Positions 1-11,586 of a DNA stretch of 64,000 nucleotides are shown piece by piece. Made by a program: the position numbers and the translations under genes. How positions within the stretch are numbered: the first letter of the stretch is position 1; every line of letters starts with the position of its first letter. The stretch spans positions 1 to 64,000 of the forward strand of contig JAPEUG010000039.1 of the NCBI GenBank assembly GCA_026025795.1, read 5' to 3'. The DNA comes from Thelocarpon superellum (taxonomy: Eukaryota). The notes beneath the pieces were generated by a model. That model saw nothing but the letters and a program-made list of their open reading frames with translations, was not told the DNA's origin and ran no database searches.

Positions 1-623
1 CCGACGACAACCCAACCGTCGGTACCACGATGATTTATGATTGAGACCGTGGATCACAAGCCTGCTCGCCTGCTCTCGTTTCTCGCCGTGCCATCCACGC
101 TCGCCACCACCGCTTTGCCCCCCTCCCCCCCCCCCCCCGGCGCGGTTGGAGCCCCTTGTCATTGGACCCCGTCAGTCGACCCCCTCTAGGCCACGTTTGG
201 CACCATCGCAGCGACGCGGCCACCCTCCAATCCGACCTCGCCCTCGACTCGGTCGTCGACAAGCGATCACCTGCACGCCATCTGGCGCGCTTGCCTTGCC
301 TCGATTCCTATCCCTTCCGCACTCCACACTCCGCAACCCGCCATCCTCCGCCCACGCAGCGCGCCGCGTTCCGTCGCGTCTTCCCTCGCCTCCGTTAACA
401 TTCCTGTCAACGCGCCAGCTCTCGGTCAAGTTCTAGAAGCTGGCCGCCCCGCGGTGCGGCCCCACCCCCGCGCCCGCTATCGTCGCTGTCGCCGTCGCAT
501 CGCGGCCGACTGCCCAACTTCGATCCGTACCCCTTGCCCCGACTCTAGGCTCAGCACCTAGCAGGCGGTGCTCGGAACGCTGCTGCGGCTGCTGCTGCGG
601 CCGCTTGCCGCGCTTTCCTCGTC

Positions 624-1823
624 ATGGCCTCGACGGCCTTTCGAGACTCCATGAACTCGCTGGGGTGGTCACGGCGGGATCCTGACCTCCCGATTAGCAC
701 CTCATCCTCGTCGACGACACCGCTGCTCGCAAGGCTGCAAGCGCTTAATCCCTTCGGCAACGAGGGCTATGTACGCTTGCCCACCCATGAGAACCCCGGC
801 GCCGCCCTGCCGGCCCCGACAAGGCGTGAAGAAGAGGAGGGCTGGTTTGCGTGTAAGTCGGCCCAACTCGTCCTTGCCGTCTACATCCGAGACATCTCGG
901 CCGGTCCGTCGCTCTACTCTCATCACCTGAGACGTAGGAAGCAACCTCCCTCCCTTCCCCCCCCCACGCTTGACCGCACACGCCCACCACCTTCAATCTG
1001 CCCAGTGTGCTCCAGATGCTGTTTGGGAAGCATTCCGCTAATAGTGTACCCAACAGTGAGCCGATGGGACCGCCTCCTCGTATTCGGTGCCTGCAATCTG
1101 GGCGCGCTCGCCTGCTTTGTCCTCTGTTTCGCCCTCTGGCCGCTACTGATCGCGACTCCTACAAAATTTGCCATCCTGTACGTGGGCCCCGTCTCTCCTT
1201 CGCCGCCCCCCTCTCTCTACCTTGCCGATACCAACGAGCCCACCCTCTCCTTGGACGTGCATGCGTCTGCTCCGCTTCGCTCTCGACGTCTGGCCCGTGG
1301 AGGTGGCCTTTGCTCCTCCTCCTGCCGGTGTCGGTGCCTTCACCTGAGCTGGGCTTCTGCAGAGCAGTGACTAACAGAGGATCACGCGACTAGCTGGACC
1401 TTTGGCTCCGTTTTCTTTCTCGCCTCCTGGGCGGTCCTCATGGGCCCCATCGTCTATCTAAAACATCTGACCTCTGGCCCGCGGCTGCCCTTCACGGCCG
1501 CTTATTTTGGGTCGATTGGATTGACCATCTATTTCTCCGTCGGGGTACGTCTCCAGTCTCCCTCGTCCACCTCAATCTCCGCGGCGCCACCGTCATGTTC
1601 CGACGGGCGGCGCAAGAAAAGCAAGAAGCAAGGACGAGCGCTAACGTTGACGGTCCGCCGTGCATGACAGCTGCATAACACATACTTGACCCTGATCTCC
1701 ACCATCGTTCAGTTGACGTGCTTGCTCTGGTATCTCGTCAGCTACTTTCCCATGGGCTCGACCGGCCTCCGATTCGCCGCCAGCTTCGGTGCGCAGCGTG
1801 CGGCGGCGTGGATGACGGGCTAA
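624..1823 (+). CDS. SFT2: Sft2/Got1-family Golgi vesicle transport membrane protein; exons 624-852, 1057-1177, 1394-1544, 1671-1823
   Basis: The spliced product reads EEEEGWFALSRWDRLL...PTKFAILWTFGS...SGPRLPFTAAYFGS...LWYLVSYFPMGSTGLRFA. All introns are GT-AG with CTAAY branch points. Confidence 0.92.
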
Positions 1824-4800
1824 CAGACTGGCGGGCGGTGCGCGATGGATGGGCCGAGAGCGCGCAGCCACACATCATGTAGGGTTACTGGTCACATCGG
1901 CAACTATGATCGTAGAGTTCCGGTCTTACCAGCTCTGCGGCGCTGCTATCCTTGTCGAGATCCTTGTAGAGATCCTTGTGCCTGCTGCTGGGGCGTACTT
2001 GGGCGTGGTGAAGGGGGCCTCGTGATCCCCGAGCTGCATCACGCTACGGCGCCACAGGACGATCATCGGCTCGTCTGTTGACTCTCGCGTCCGCCCCGGC
2101 CCCGGGGCACTTGACACCACCCCACCGAAGGTCAGAACAATGGCCTCGCGGAAGTGCGACATCACCACTCCCTCTCCACCAATCGCAACCGCACTGTTTC
2201 CACGTTTCCCGCCATGGCGCTGGTCGATGAGCGTGCATTGCTTGGGTGTGACAAATGCTGCAATGTTCACGATCTGACCCGACCGGAAGACTGGCGCGTC
2301 GGGCGACTCTAACCCCAGAAGTCATCGAATTGACCACATCTGCTAGGACCATGACCAAGGCTTGGGACATTGCGGGGCCGTGGAACGCAACCGCAGGATG
2401 GTGACGCCCGCCACGGGTGTCACCCTACGGACACGGACGCCGCGTGTTGTGCGGCGGGCGTGGGACATGCTACTAGTCGCTTGGTTTCCATCCCATCCCA
2501 CCACATCCACTCACGATCACGCCGCGCGTTGCCAGGGCCGATGAAGGAGGGGGACTTGTGCTTGGGGCCCCCCATCAACCACGGACCATCAGGTGCACAC
2601 CGTCCAGCTGAGCACTTGGCGCACTTGCACTCTCGCGGAGGCTGTCGCACTGGTGTTTGAAATGCAAGTGCTCGAGGTGGTGGCCCTGCATCGCGGCAGC
2701 CTGCAGCAGCGCAACCGGGGTCACGGCGGGCGCAGCTTGCTTTCGGTCCACACCCCCCATCACCATCCCACCATCGCCGGCCGTCATCGCCATCTTCAAA
2801 TTTCCTTGGTGCTCTCGCAGGTCAGCAGCGCCGACCCGCTGACTGACAATGGCCTGATGCTGTTCGCGTGTCGGGTCCACGCTTTCCCGTCTGTCGATGA
2901 CTCTGGGTCCAGACGGTGCCCATGCCCCAACGCTGGCGAGCCTCCATCCGCGCTGTGACAGTCTCTTCACGCAACATTGCCCTGATCCGTCTGTTTATTT
3001 GTCAGCCAGCCGTTGGAAGCTGCCAACTTGGTACCTGCGCGTAACGGGTAACTGCGAGGAAAACTTCTGCGTAGAAGGTCTCCTTAGGTCACTGTACTCG
3101 TGTGCGAATTACGATGATGCTTGCCCGAGAAGGGACCACAAGGGGTCTTTGGCCTCTGGTAGGACAAGAATCACTTCATGCCGCATTCTGCTGAAGAATA
3201 CCTTCGCTCGAGATCAATGTCAAGGACGGAGGGAATTTGGAGGTGATACAGCGAGCAGATATCAGTACATGTAGCTCTAGTTGAGCGTAAAGTGTCCGTT
3301 GATTCGCCTGCTCAGGTCCCGGGAGACCTCTCATGGGCACCACCAGGCAATGAGCAGAGGATCATATGCAGGCGCAGATCTACCGACTCCCTTTGCGAGA
3401 TATTCAATAAACCCCCGGTCCATATCCACATGCTGATTTCTTTCGCGCTACATCCTGGTCGGGCGCAAATTCGGGTGTGTCGGCATTCGCCCAGCTGCTA
3501 CATGATGTCTGCTCAGGTGGTGTACGAGTACGAGCACATCCAGAGGCCCGTCACCATTCCTGGTCAACGTAATCCGTTCTTCGGTGGGGGACCAAGACGG
3601 ACGTTGTCATGGTCGGCATACGAAACGGCCCGAGGACTCGGCAGGTAGAGGCAATGGAGAGAACGAAACAGTGCGACGTCCTTTTGGCCGGAGCGTGTCG
3701 CACAGGCTCGGGAGCTGCCGTCCGGCACATGCGTTGGCGCGGGCAGCGTGAAGAGGAACGTACGACTGATGCGCGGTCGATAGTGCCAGCTCAACCTCAG
3801 CATTCATCGTTCGCATGGAACCTCATCCGCCTCATTAGGCAGTCATGCCAACGCTACGCGATCGAGGCGATGCGTGCGGCCAGGTACGCTGCGCCTGAGG
3901 GTTAAACCAGAGTGGGAGGCGAGATGCATTGATGCTCTCCCGGCACCGTTGCATGGCGGCAATTGGCACCCTCGTAGCATGTCTTAGTTGCTGCCATCCA
4001 CCACGGTCCGGAGACGAGCCCAGATGCAGCTTCAACCGGATCGAGGAGCATGTCGTCGGTCTACCGCACGCCAGCCCTGGCGGTCTCCGATGAGTCACAA
4101 ACAGCAAGACAGATGGCCTGGTCGGTAGGCAGGCGGGGGCCAATGGTAGCACTGGTAGGGCTATCGTCTTACGATTACGGTAGTTGGAGCCTTCCACGAC
4201 ATGCACGACGTGGACGGAGGTGTAGGATGACTAAAACGCCTCGAGCAAACGGACCAGCAGCGGTGATGCGTCAAGCCTTGAATCGGACCATGGCCGTGCA
4301 AGAGGGGTAGGGTGCTCATTTCGGCTTGTCCCCTTCGCGCGCGCGCACACACACACGCCCCAAGTGGAATTAGCCCCGGGGCCCTCGGGTCTTTGCGCGT
4401 TGAGCGGAGGCTGCGAATTTGGACGGGATTACGGATATTGTGATTGTTACCACCCAACCACCGCCGGAGAAAGCCAGCACTTGCTAGTCGAATCGTTTAG
4501 TTAACGAGCATAGCGAGAGGAGACAAAAACTGCTCGTTGGCGCACCGTCACTGGCAATGAAGAGTCGAAGTGCTCCACCCTCCACCGTGTCCTGGTAGAG
4601 CGTCTCGCGCGCGAGCGGCCTCTCGACCTCATCACTCCATTGCCCCATCGCCGTTCGCCTGCTGTTCCTCGCGGGCACTCCAAAGCCTCCCCTCCGTCGC
4701 GTGTCGGCGCCTTGGTGGCCTCTTTCTGCCCGATACTGGCGGAGCTCGCGGCCCTATCACGGCCACAACCGAGTTTCCTCGTGTGCGTTTTCCGCACCGG

Positions 4801-5686
4801 GACCCTGACGACATTGCGAAACGTGCCCTTCTCTGCCCAACACAACATCGACGTCGCCGACCGACGCCTCCTCGCTCACCACTCATCACCATTGGGGCCG
4901 TGGGTCAGCAGGCGACTAGCATCAGCCCGGCTGGCATACGCTCTTCCTCTTCCGTCGACAGGGTGAAGCCCTTCGTCCATCGCGTGAGTCCCCATCACTT
5001 TCTTTCGCTTCCGAAATATTCGCGCACCTCGACCTCGACTTCGTCCACATCCTCGGCCTGTCTCGCCCGCCACACCGCCGCTGGCGACCGTCTGTCTCAA
5101 GCTGTACCACGAAAGCTGCGGGGGCTGATACCATGTTGAAGTGACATCGGCCTATCCACAACCCGTTGAGCGACGTCAGGTCTCCGCCCACGCGCCACTC
5201 AGCAGATCGGCCTGCCCACCAAAGTGTGAAAGCCTCGAGTCTGTTGCAATCTGCCGTCGCGCTACCTCTCTCCCCGCGAAATCTACGACCGCTCTCATCG
5301 AGATCTCACAAAACCCTTGGACAGCCATCTACCCCTCCTCTGATCGCCGCTCGTATTCACCCCGTCCGATCCCGCGCCAGCGGCACCGCAGGCGACGGGC
5401 CGAAAGAGATCACGTACGTTGTCCTCACGTGCACCCGCCGGACTTCCACCATTGTCAGGGATCTCGACGCAGGATTCAATTGAGATTGGTTCCGTCAGAG
5501 TTGTCCAAGGTGCGGGGAGGGCGAGAGCGGCACCTCTCCGGACGCCGACGGCCGCACAGTTGGAGGTGGGCGGACCTAGCTGCGGGCGCGCGGTGCATCC
5601 GACGAGTCGGACGCGAGGGAGCCTTGGCTGCCCGACCGGTGCCGCACGTCTCCCTTGACCCCAACATCCATACTCCGACCCACAAC

Positions 5687-8600
5687 ATGTCGACCGCGGC
5701 GAACAAGACCACCGCCGACGCCGGCATCCCCCCCCCCGCCTTCTCATATGCACAAGCCGCCAAGGGCCGCTCCAGCTCGACCCCCAAACAGATATCATCA
5801 ACCCGGGGGGCCCCAGTCCCTCACGCACCAGCGTCAGAGCCAAGCTCCTCTTCAGCCACCGATGCATCAGCTTTGGCGGGCACCGAGGACCGTCCATCGC
5901 GCGAGGGTCGCCCCAGCGAGCGACGGAAGCACGAAGGGGTGAATGGCACCGATGCCCAGTCCACGCCGAACGATGCTCTTCCCGCGGCGAAAGGAGCGAC
6001 ACCATTACCACAGGTACCGCCGCCGACGCAGAAGCATCCGTCGGCGCCCTCATCCCCCAGCTTTGGCACGTCTTCTACCTCGACCTTCCCAAAAGAAGAA
6101 GATATGAGCACCACGCCGAATGCATCGTCCGACTCCACGTGGGACAAGCAGTCGCAGACGTCCACTGGTGCCGAGAAGGTGGGTGAACATGGCGCGGCCA
6201 ACAAAGAGAAGGAGCGAAATCAAGGAGACGAGAAAGACCCGCCGAAATCTCTCACGGCCGCGCCGTTACCCGCCGTCAATATCTGGCAGCAGCGGAGAGA
6301 GGCACAGGAAGCCGCCAAGGCCAAGTCCGCGACTCAACCGCCACCGGCATTGCCCGCCGTTCCCAAGACCCAGAGTGGCGTGACCAACGCACCGATTCCT
6401 CAGTCCCTTTCCTCGGACAAGGAGGGCGCAGAGAAGAAGCAGGACGTGATCAAGTCCGATGCGAAGAAGAAGGGGAAGCCCCCAAGCAGCGCGGTGGATG
6501 ACGGTGACAAGACGCCTACCTCCAACACTGGCACTGGGCCGGTCAAGGAGAAGAAGAAGAGCCTGGACGCGGGGAAAGCGGTGCGCGACGAAGGTGCGTG
6601 ACCACTCTTCCTGACAACGTGGACCGTCGAGCCTGTACTGACGAGAGATCTCAGTCCCCAAGAAAGTCCCGGCCCGCCAGCGCATGCTGCCAGAGAAGGC
6701 GGGCGCGAAGGAGCCAACTCTCCCCACCGCGCCGCCCCCGGTCCAAGACGCGGTATCGTGGCCCACGCCCGATACTGCACAGGATGAGGAGAAGCGGAAA
6801 GCGATGGAAAAAGGCGACAAGGGGGACAAAGAGAAGGTCGCACCGGCCAGCGGAAAGCCGCATGGAAAAGAGAAATGGACGCCCGTGCCCTACACCCCGT
6901 CGGTCATCTTTGAGACCCAGATCTCGACCCCGAAGCGAGGTGGCCGGCTCGGTCGCGGCGGTCGAGACGGCGTCGTCCGTGGCGGTGGCAGCCATCTGTC
7001 CAATGGCAGTGTGGGAGGCGACAAGGGCGTGGCACCGTCGGCCCCCTCCCTCGGCCCGGGCGACGGGATCGATCGCGGCCGGGTGGAGGCGGGTGCCGGG
7101 AAACCATCCTATGCGCAACCCAAGCAGGCCAAGAGAGCGTCAAGCGTTGGTGTGTTTTCCTCGAAAGAGCAGCGCCGAGCGCCGGCGATTCCTATCTCCG
7201 GACGCGGTCGGGACGGTGAGAATGCGGAGCCCAAAGCCGCGGACATCATCTCGCCGACGTCGACAGCGGCAGGTAGTCGACGGACCTCGATCGCGACGCA
7301 GACGGAGCAGGCGCCCCGCTTTCGGCATGACTCCAAGATGCACACACGCTCGGATCCGACCCTGTTCCAGGGCCCGGGCAATGCCGCCCCGTCGCGATCG
7401 GACCGATATGCGGCCAACGATGGTGATACCCATGCCCATCCGAAGTCGGCGGGGGCCGAACGCCGTGCCGACGGCTCCACCCGGCCATCGGAATACTTCC
7501 GCGAGAGCGGTAATCACCCCCCGGGGCGCGACCGAGGCGACGGCCGTCCCGATCGTGGTCGCGGCGGCTTTCGCGGAGGCCGAGGGGGAAGCAATGGCCA
7601 CGCAAATCCCTCACCAACCGCGACGCACGTCTCGCATCCGTCATCGCAGACGAACAGCGGATCGTCGGGACCGTATGGATTTCCGAAAAATGCGCCCTAT
7701 GGCGCGGCCCACTTGCCGCCAACACATCAGCATCCGACTGCTGGGGGCCAGTTTGGCTCAGGCCCGTCCTCGCGCAATTATCGCGGGGCATCACGTGCGC
7801 AGACGCTCCCCAACAGCCCGATGGCGGGCCGCATGTCGGGAGGCCCCGGCACGGCGCCAGGCATGACACCGATTCAGACGCACTTTGCCCCCGTTTACGA
7901 CTACCAAGCCGTGCAAGCGATGAGCGCGATGCCGTACAGCCCCTTTGCGGAACAGTATTCGACCCTGAGCATGGTCTCCTTGCAGTTGTGAGTGATGTGC
8001 TCTTCCGACCGGGCAGGGCGACGGCTGACCAAGCGCGCGCAGGGATTACTACTTCTCGGTGGACAATCTGTGTAAGGATGTCTTCCTGCGAAAGCACATG
8101 GACTCGCAGGGCTTCGTCTTCTTGGCCGTCATTCTGGAGTTTAATCGGATCCGCCAACTCACCCGCGATATGGAGCTGGTGCGGTACGCGTGTCTGCAGT
8201 CGCGTAAGATCGAGCTACGGACCGGAGCGGACGGGATGGATCGGCTGCGCCCACGCGAGGGTTGGAGTCAGTGGGTTCTGGGCATGGAAGATCGCGATCC
8301 GTCGGCACAGAATGACGGACCGGTTCTTTTGCCGCCGCCGTACTTGCCCTTTCCGCACGAGCTGGATGTCCCCTACCTCGGTCAGGCTTACGCTAGCCCG
8401 TCGGCGATGGACGTGCCCACGGACCGGCCCGGACCGGGGCCGGAGGCTATGTATCTCCCCATGAACGGCCTCAGCTCTCCCTATCTCCCCGCACCATCGA
8501 CGCCGAGCCTTAACGGCACGCTCAACGGCGACGGGCCGCCGACGCAGACACCGCTGTCCGCCGTGGTCCCCACCTTCTCGCCCATGCCTCCCGTCGTCAA

Positions 8601-9483
8601 TGGCTCCGGCGCGTCGGCGCCGACCACGACGGCGAGTGCGGAGGACGTCTTCTCCAACACGGAGGTGGATAACCTCGTGATCGTGATGCGGAAGCATGGC
8701 TCCAGCCGACCGGACGCGGTCTTTCAGCGCGCGGGCTGTCGCACTTACTCCAACGGGTCCATTGATGAGCGCACGATTGCCGAGGCGATCGGGGGGCCTC
8801 CACCCCCGCCGGTGGTCAACGGGACCGGCCATGGTGAACCGTAAGTGCCCGAACCGCATTCGGTGGACCGCAGGAGGGATCGACTAACCATGAGCAGATC
8901 GGACGCAGACGGCAGTGTGACGGTCCAATCCCCGAACCCCATGTACGCGCTCCAGGTGGGCCTGGGAATCGAGGAGAATGCGCCGCCGGTGTTCTGGATG
9001 AAGGGCTGCGATTCGCCCATCGACTCGCTGCCGCAAAACATCTCGCACGAGACGTACGAACGATTCCGCGGTGATGCTTTGCGCCAGCGCGAGGGATCGG
9101 CGATGGGAATGTGCCACCGCGACATGGATAACCTCTATCAGTTTTGGTCGCACTTCCTGATCCGCAACTTCAACCGGCGCATGTACGACGAGTTCCGTGA
9201 GCTTGCCTTGGATGACGCGGCGCGACGACACTCGGACGTGGGGATGAAGAATCTGCTGCAATACTTTGACGTCTCGCTCAAGGGCAGCAAGGTTGTGTCA
9301 GACCTCTTGGCCCGTCACTACGTCGAGTCCGTTCTAGCAGAAGCCGGCCGCAAGGAGCGCGCGGGATTCGCCAAGCTCCAGGCGGCGTGGACCGATGCCG
9401 GCGTCAACGCCAAGAACCGGGCGAAGATCGATGCGGTGCTCACGCCCGAGCTACGCGCCGAGCTCAATGGGAAGACCGGGTGA
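5687..9483 (+). CDS. La-related RNA-binding protein (LARP1/Sro9/Slf1-like) with La motif, RGG region and C-terminal DM15-like domain; exons 5687-6593, 6655-7987, 8043-8840, 8898-9483
   Basis: La motif [27 protein letters not shown] is formed across an intron. Also present are APLPAVNIW, KEKWTPV, RGG repeats and DM15-like LYQFWSHFLIRNFNRRMYDEFRELA. Confidence 0.9.
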
Positions 9484-10436
9484 GGGAGCATGCTACAGGC
9501 CCAAGCCCTCTTCCCACCAGGATGACTAGTCCCCACCCTTCTCCCGCTCATCCCCCTCTTTCCAGCCTTTACGACACTTTGTGCGTCTGGGCCTCGTGAC
9601 CGACTACAAGAACATTCGGACCGGTGAAATCTTCGTCGTGTGCGTTGTGTGACGGCGTTTGGGACTTGTGCCCTCGGGAGCTGGTGACGGTTCAACTTTT
9701 CGACTTCGGCCTTGTCCGCGTCCACGCGGCATCTCTGCCGGACCCTTCTCCAGGGATGGTCAGGGTGACCGTGATGCTCTTCAGCCGCGTCTCTCTCCTC
9801 CTACAGACTACGCCCTTGGTGCGACGGTCGGCGAACTGTTCGTTCAGCTTTGTCGACGTCCACCTACCGCTACTCATTCACTTCCACTTCCTCCATGCAT
9901 TTTATTGGCTGGGCTTTTCCCTTGCTCCCTTTCGGGCGATCCTTACTGGCTCTCTTCTTGCACTGCAACGCCGCAGACTAGCATCGGGCGGAAAATTAGC
10001 ATTGGGCCGGGGATTGTAACACCGTACATAGACCAAACAAATTCGCTATCTTTTACCTGTAGATGTGGGATAGGAGGGTACTGAACCAAATACTTCGTTG
10101 TAGGCCTATGTTAGCCATGGAAGTTGGTGGTGGTTGTAGATTTGGTGTAATGGTCTGCCGTAGTTGACACGAGTGGAGTAGTTCGCTCACCGTAGAAAGA
10201 TCATAGACCAGACCACAATCTTCCATCCTCCACCGCTTCCATCATCTTGCATTGCACTCATCCTGACGTGATCTCACCGGTCGTGCCCCATCGGCTCCAA
10301 CTTGGTTGAGAGCTTCGATCGTGGGGGCCGCCTGGTGACGGCCATTCCACTGACCACGGCTGGAATACGGAGCAACGGCGTTGCCACGTAATGTAAGCCT
10401 TTCCTGTCCCGCGCATCGTTTTTCCTTTTGCACCGC

Positions 10437-10521
10437 ACAATGATGAGACTTCATCCACGAACAATCCAACTCCTATAGCGTCATGAAGGATTCAACCAAT
10501 CTCTAGAATTACTCTGATTGT
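10437..10521 (+). ncRNA. Box C/D snoRNA 1, dual guide: 18S A in GGUAAmUUCUAGAG (human Am159-equivalent) and 25S G in GUUGmGAUUGUUC (human Gm4494-equivalent)
   Basis: C box ATGATGA 10440-10446 and D box CTGA 10514-10517, with an ACAA/TTGT terminal stem. D guide CTCTAGAATTAC is antisense to 18S GTAATTCTAGAG. D' guide GAACAATCCAAC is antisense to 25S GTTGGATTGTTC (the D' box is degenerate). It lies inside intron 10393-10581. Confidence 0.88.
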
Positions 10522-10680
10522 CCCCTGCAGATGACTCGTTGCTCTTTGTCTCGTCCGTCTGCTCAAGCTGATCTCCACTAGGGCATTCACCTTTGTTGGG
10601 TTGGCTGATCTGGTCCATTCTCAAATCTTCGTAAGGTAGGTCTGACCATTTTCTTGGTGAGAAACACAACCCTATCCTAC

Positions 10681-10766
10681 GTGATGACCACGAGACAAGA
10701 CAAAGGAATTCCTCATTCCGAAAACATCATGTCGAATCTGTTTCTATTAGTTTCAGCCTTGTCTGA
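10681..10766 (+). ncRNA. snR41: Box C/D snoRNA 2, snR41-like (18S Gm1126-equivalent)
   Basis: C GTGATGA 10681, D' CCGA 10718, C' ATGTCGA 10729, D CTGA 10763. D guide AGTTTCAGCCTTG is antisense to 18S CAAGGCTGAAACT, and the +5 rule hits the first G of CAAGG. Confidence 0.88.
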
Positions 10767-10884
10767 TTTGACAGCACCTCGTCCACCGCTCGGAGGAACG
10801 TCAGGAGACACCGCTGACGGCCCGACCGAAGTTACAGGTACGCCTCCGGATCCTTTCTGTCTCCATCATCACCAATCCTGTTAC

Positions 10885-11007
10885 ATGAGGAAAGCTAGAC
10901 GAACGGGCGGACAGACTGTGTACCTCTTTACTCCATCCATCAACTCAAGGCGTACAACCTTGAGGGTGGTCAGTGCAAGGGCGTACTTGTTGACAAGTCG
11001 TCACTGA
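10885..11007 (+). ncRNA. snR70: Box C/D snoRNA 3, snR70/U43-like (18S Cm1639-equivalent)
   Basis: C ATGAGGA 10885, D' CAGA 10912, D CTGA 11004. Guide ACGGGCGG plus accessory TGTGTAC is antisense to 18S GTACACACCGCCCGT. It follows the snR41-like RNA, as in the yeast cluster, inside intron 10838-11074. Confidence 0.82.
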
Positions 11008-11135
11008 TATGCCGATCTTTGGACGACATGCCTGGTCGATCTGTCACGATGACGCTGACACGGGGCCCTCATAGGTAGATATCAAGTCTCTTCCGTCGTC
11101 TCGAACTGTACCACCGCGCAAGGCCATGTCATAAC

Positions 11136-11227
11136 ATGATGATCACTATTCACACTGTTTGAACCGGACACATCCATGTAACGAGTGGACGTCTGGCGAT
11201 GAACGTACCAAACACTGAAAATTCTGA
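11136..11227 (+). ncRNA. snR51: Box C/D snoRNA 4, snR51-like (25S Um2729 via D') with a second guide for the 25S Um2724-equivalent
   Basis: C ATGATGA 11136, D' TTGA 11159, D CTGA 11224. Guides TATTCACACTG and ACACTGAAAAT are both antisense to 25S GATTTTCAGTGTGAATA. Confidence 0.85.
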
Positions 11228-11505
11228 TATAATGAGGTGAGTCGGCCGACTCCGACTCGCCTCCTGTCCGCCCCGCTAACCTATGTAGCCTGATATGCAG
11301 ATGGTTCTTCATCTTGTTGCAGCACCATGACTTCAATCCTCCGTACCAAGGCACGACGCAGAAGCTAATCGTTTGCGTCCCGTCTCGCTCCATAGAATCC
11401 CCTCCAGCCGACAGAACCGCAAATGCTCAGCCAAAAAGTAAGCGGCTCTGCACTCATCCAACCCCAGCATCAGCACCAATCGAAGCAAGCGCGAAGAAGA
11501 CACGC

Positions 11506-11586
11506 ATGATGAGTGCTCACAATTCGCTGTGTTCTTTCCGAATACCCTGTGTCGAGACATTAACAATTTTCACCTTGGAGAACTGA
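11506..11586 (+). ncRNA. Box C/D snoRNA 5, dual guide: 25S GGUCUCmCAAGG (U55-like) and 5.8S GAAGAmACGCAGCG
   Basis: C ATGATGA 11506, D' CCGA 11538, D CTGA 11583. D guide TTCACCTTGGAGA is antisense to 25S TCTCCAAGGTGAA. D' guide TTCGCTGTGTTCTT is antisense to 5.8S AAGAACGCAGCGAA (one G-U pair). A perfect 12-bp flanking stem GCGCGAAGAAGA (11489-11500) / TCTTCTTCGCGC (11591-11602) is present. Confidence 0.9.

Noticed and set aside
5141..5686. GTG-initiated N-terminal extension of the 486-aa ORF
   Set aside because: The G of that GTG is the last base of a predicted intron, and the translation is not protein-like. ATG 5687 has good context.
10143..10190. tRNA-like A-box TGGTGTAATGGT with downstream GTTCG
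   Set aside because: D, anticodon and T stems do not pair into a cloverleaf.
10242..11586. Short ORFs and apparent minus-strand splice signals in the 10-11.6 kb gap
   Set aside because: Better explained by the + strand snoRNA host. No coherent protein emerges.
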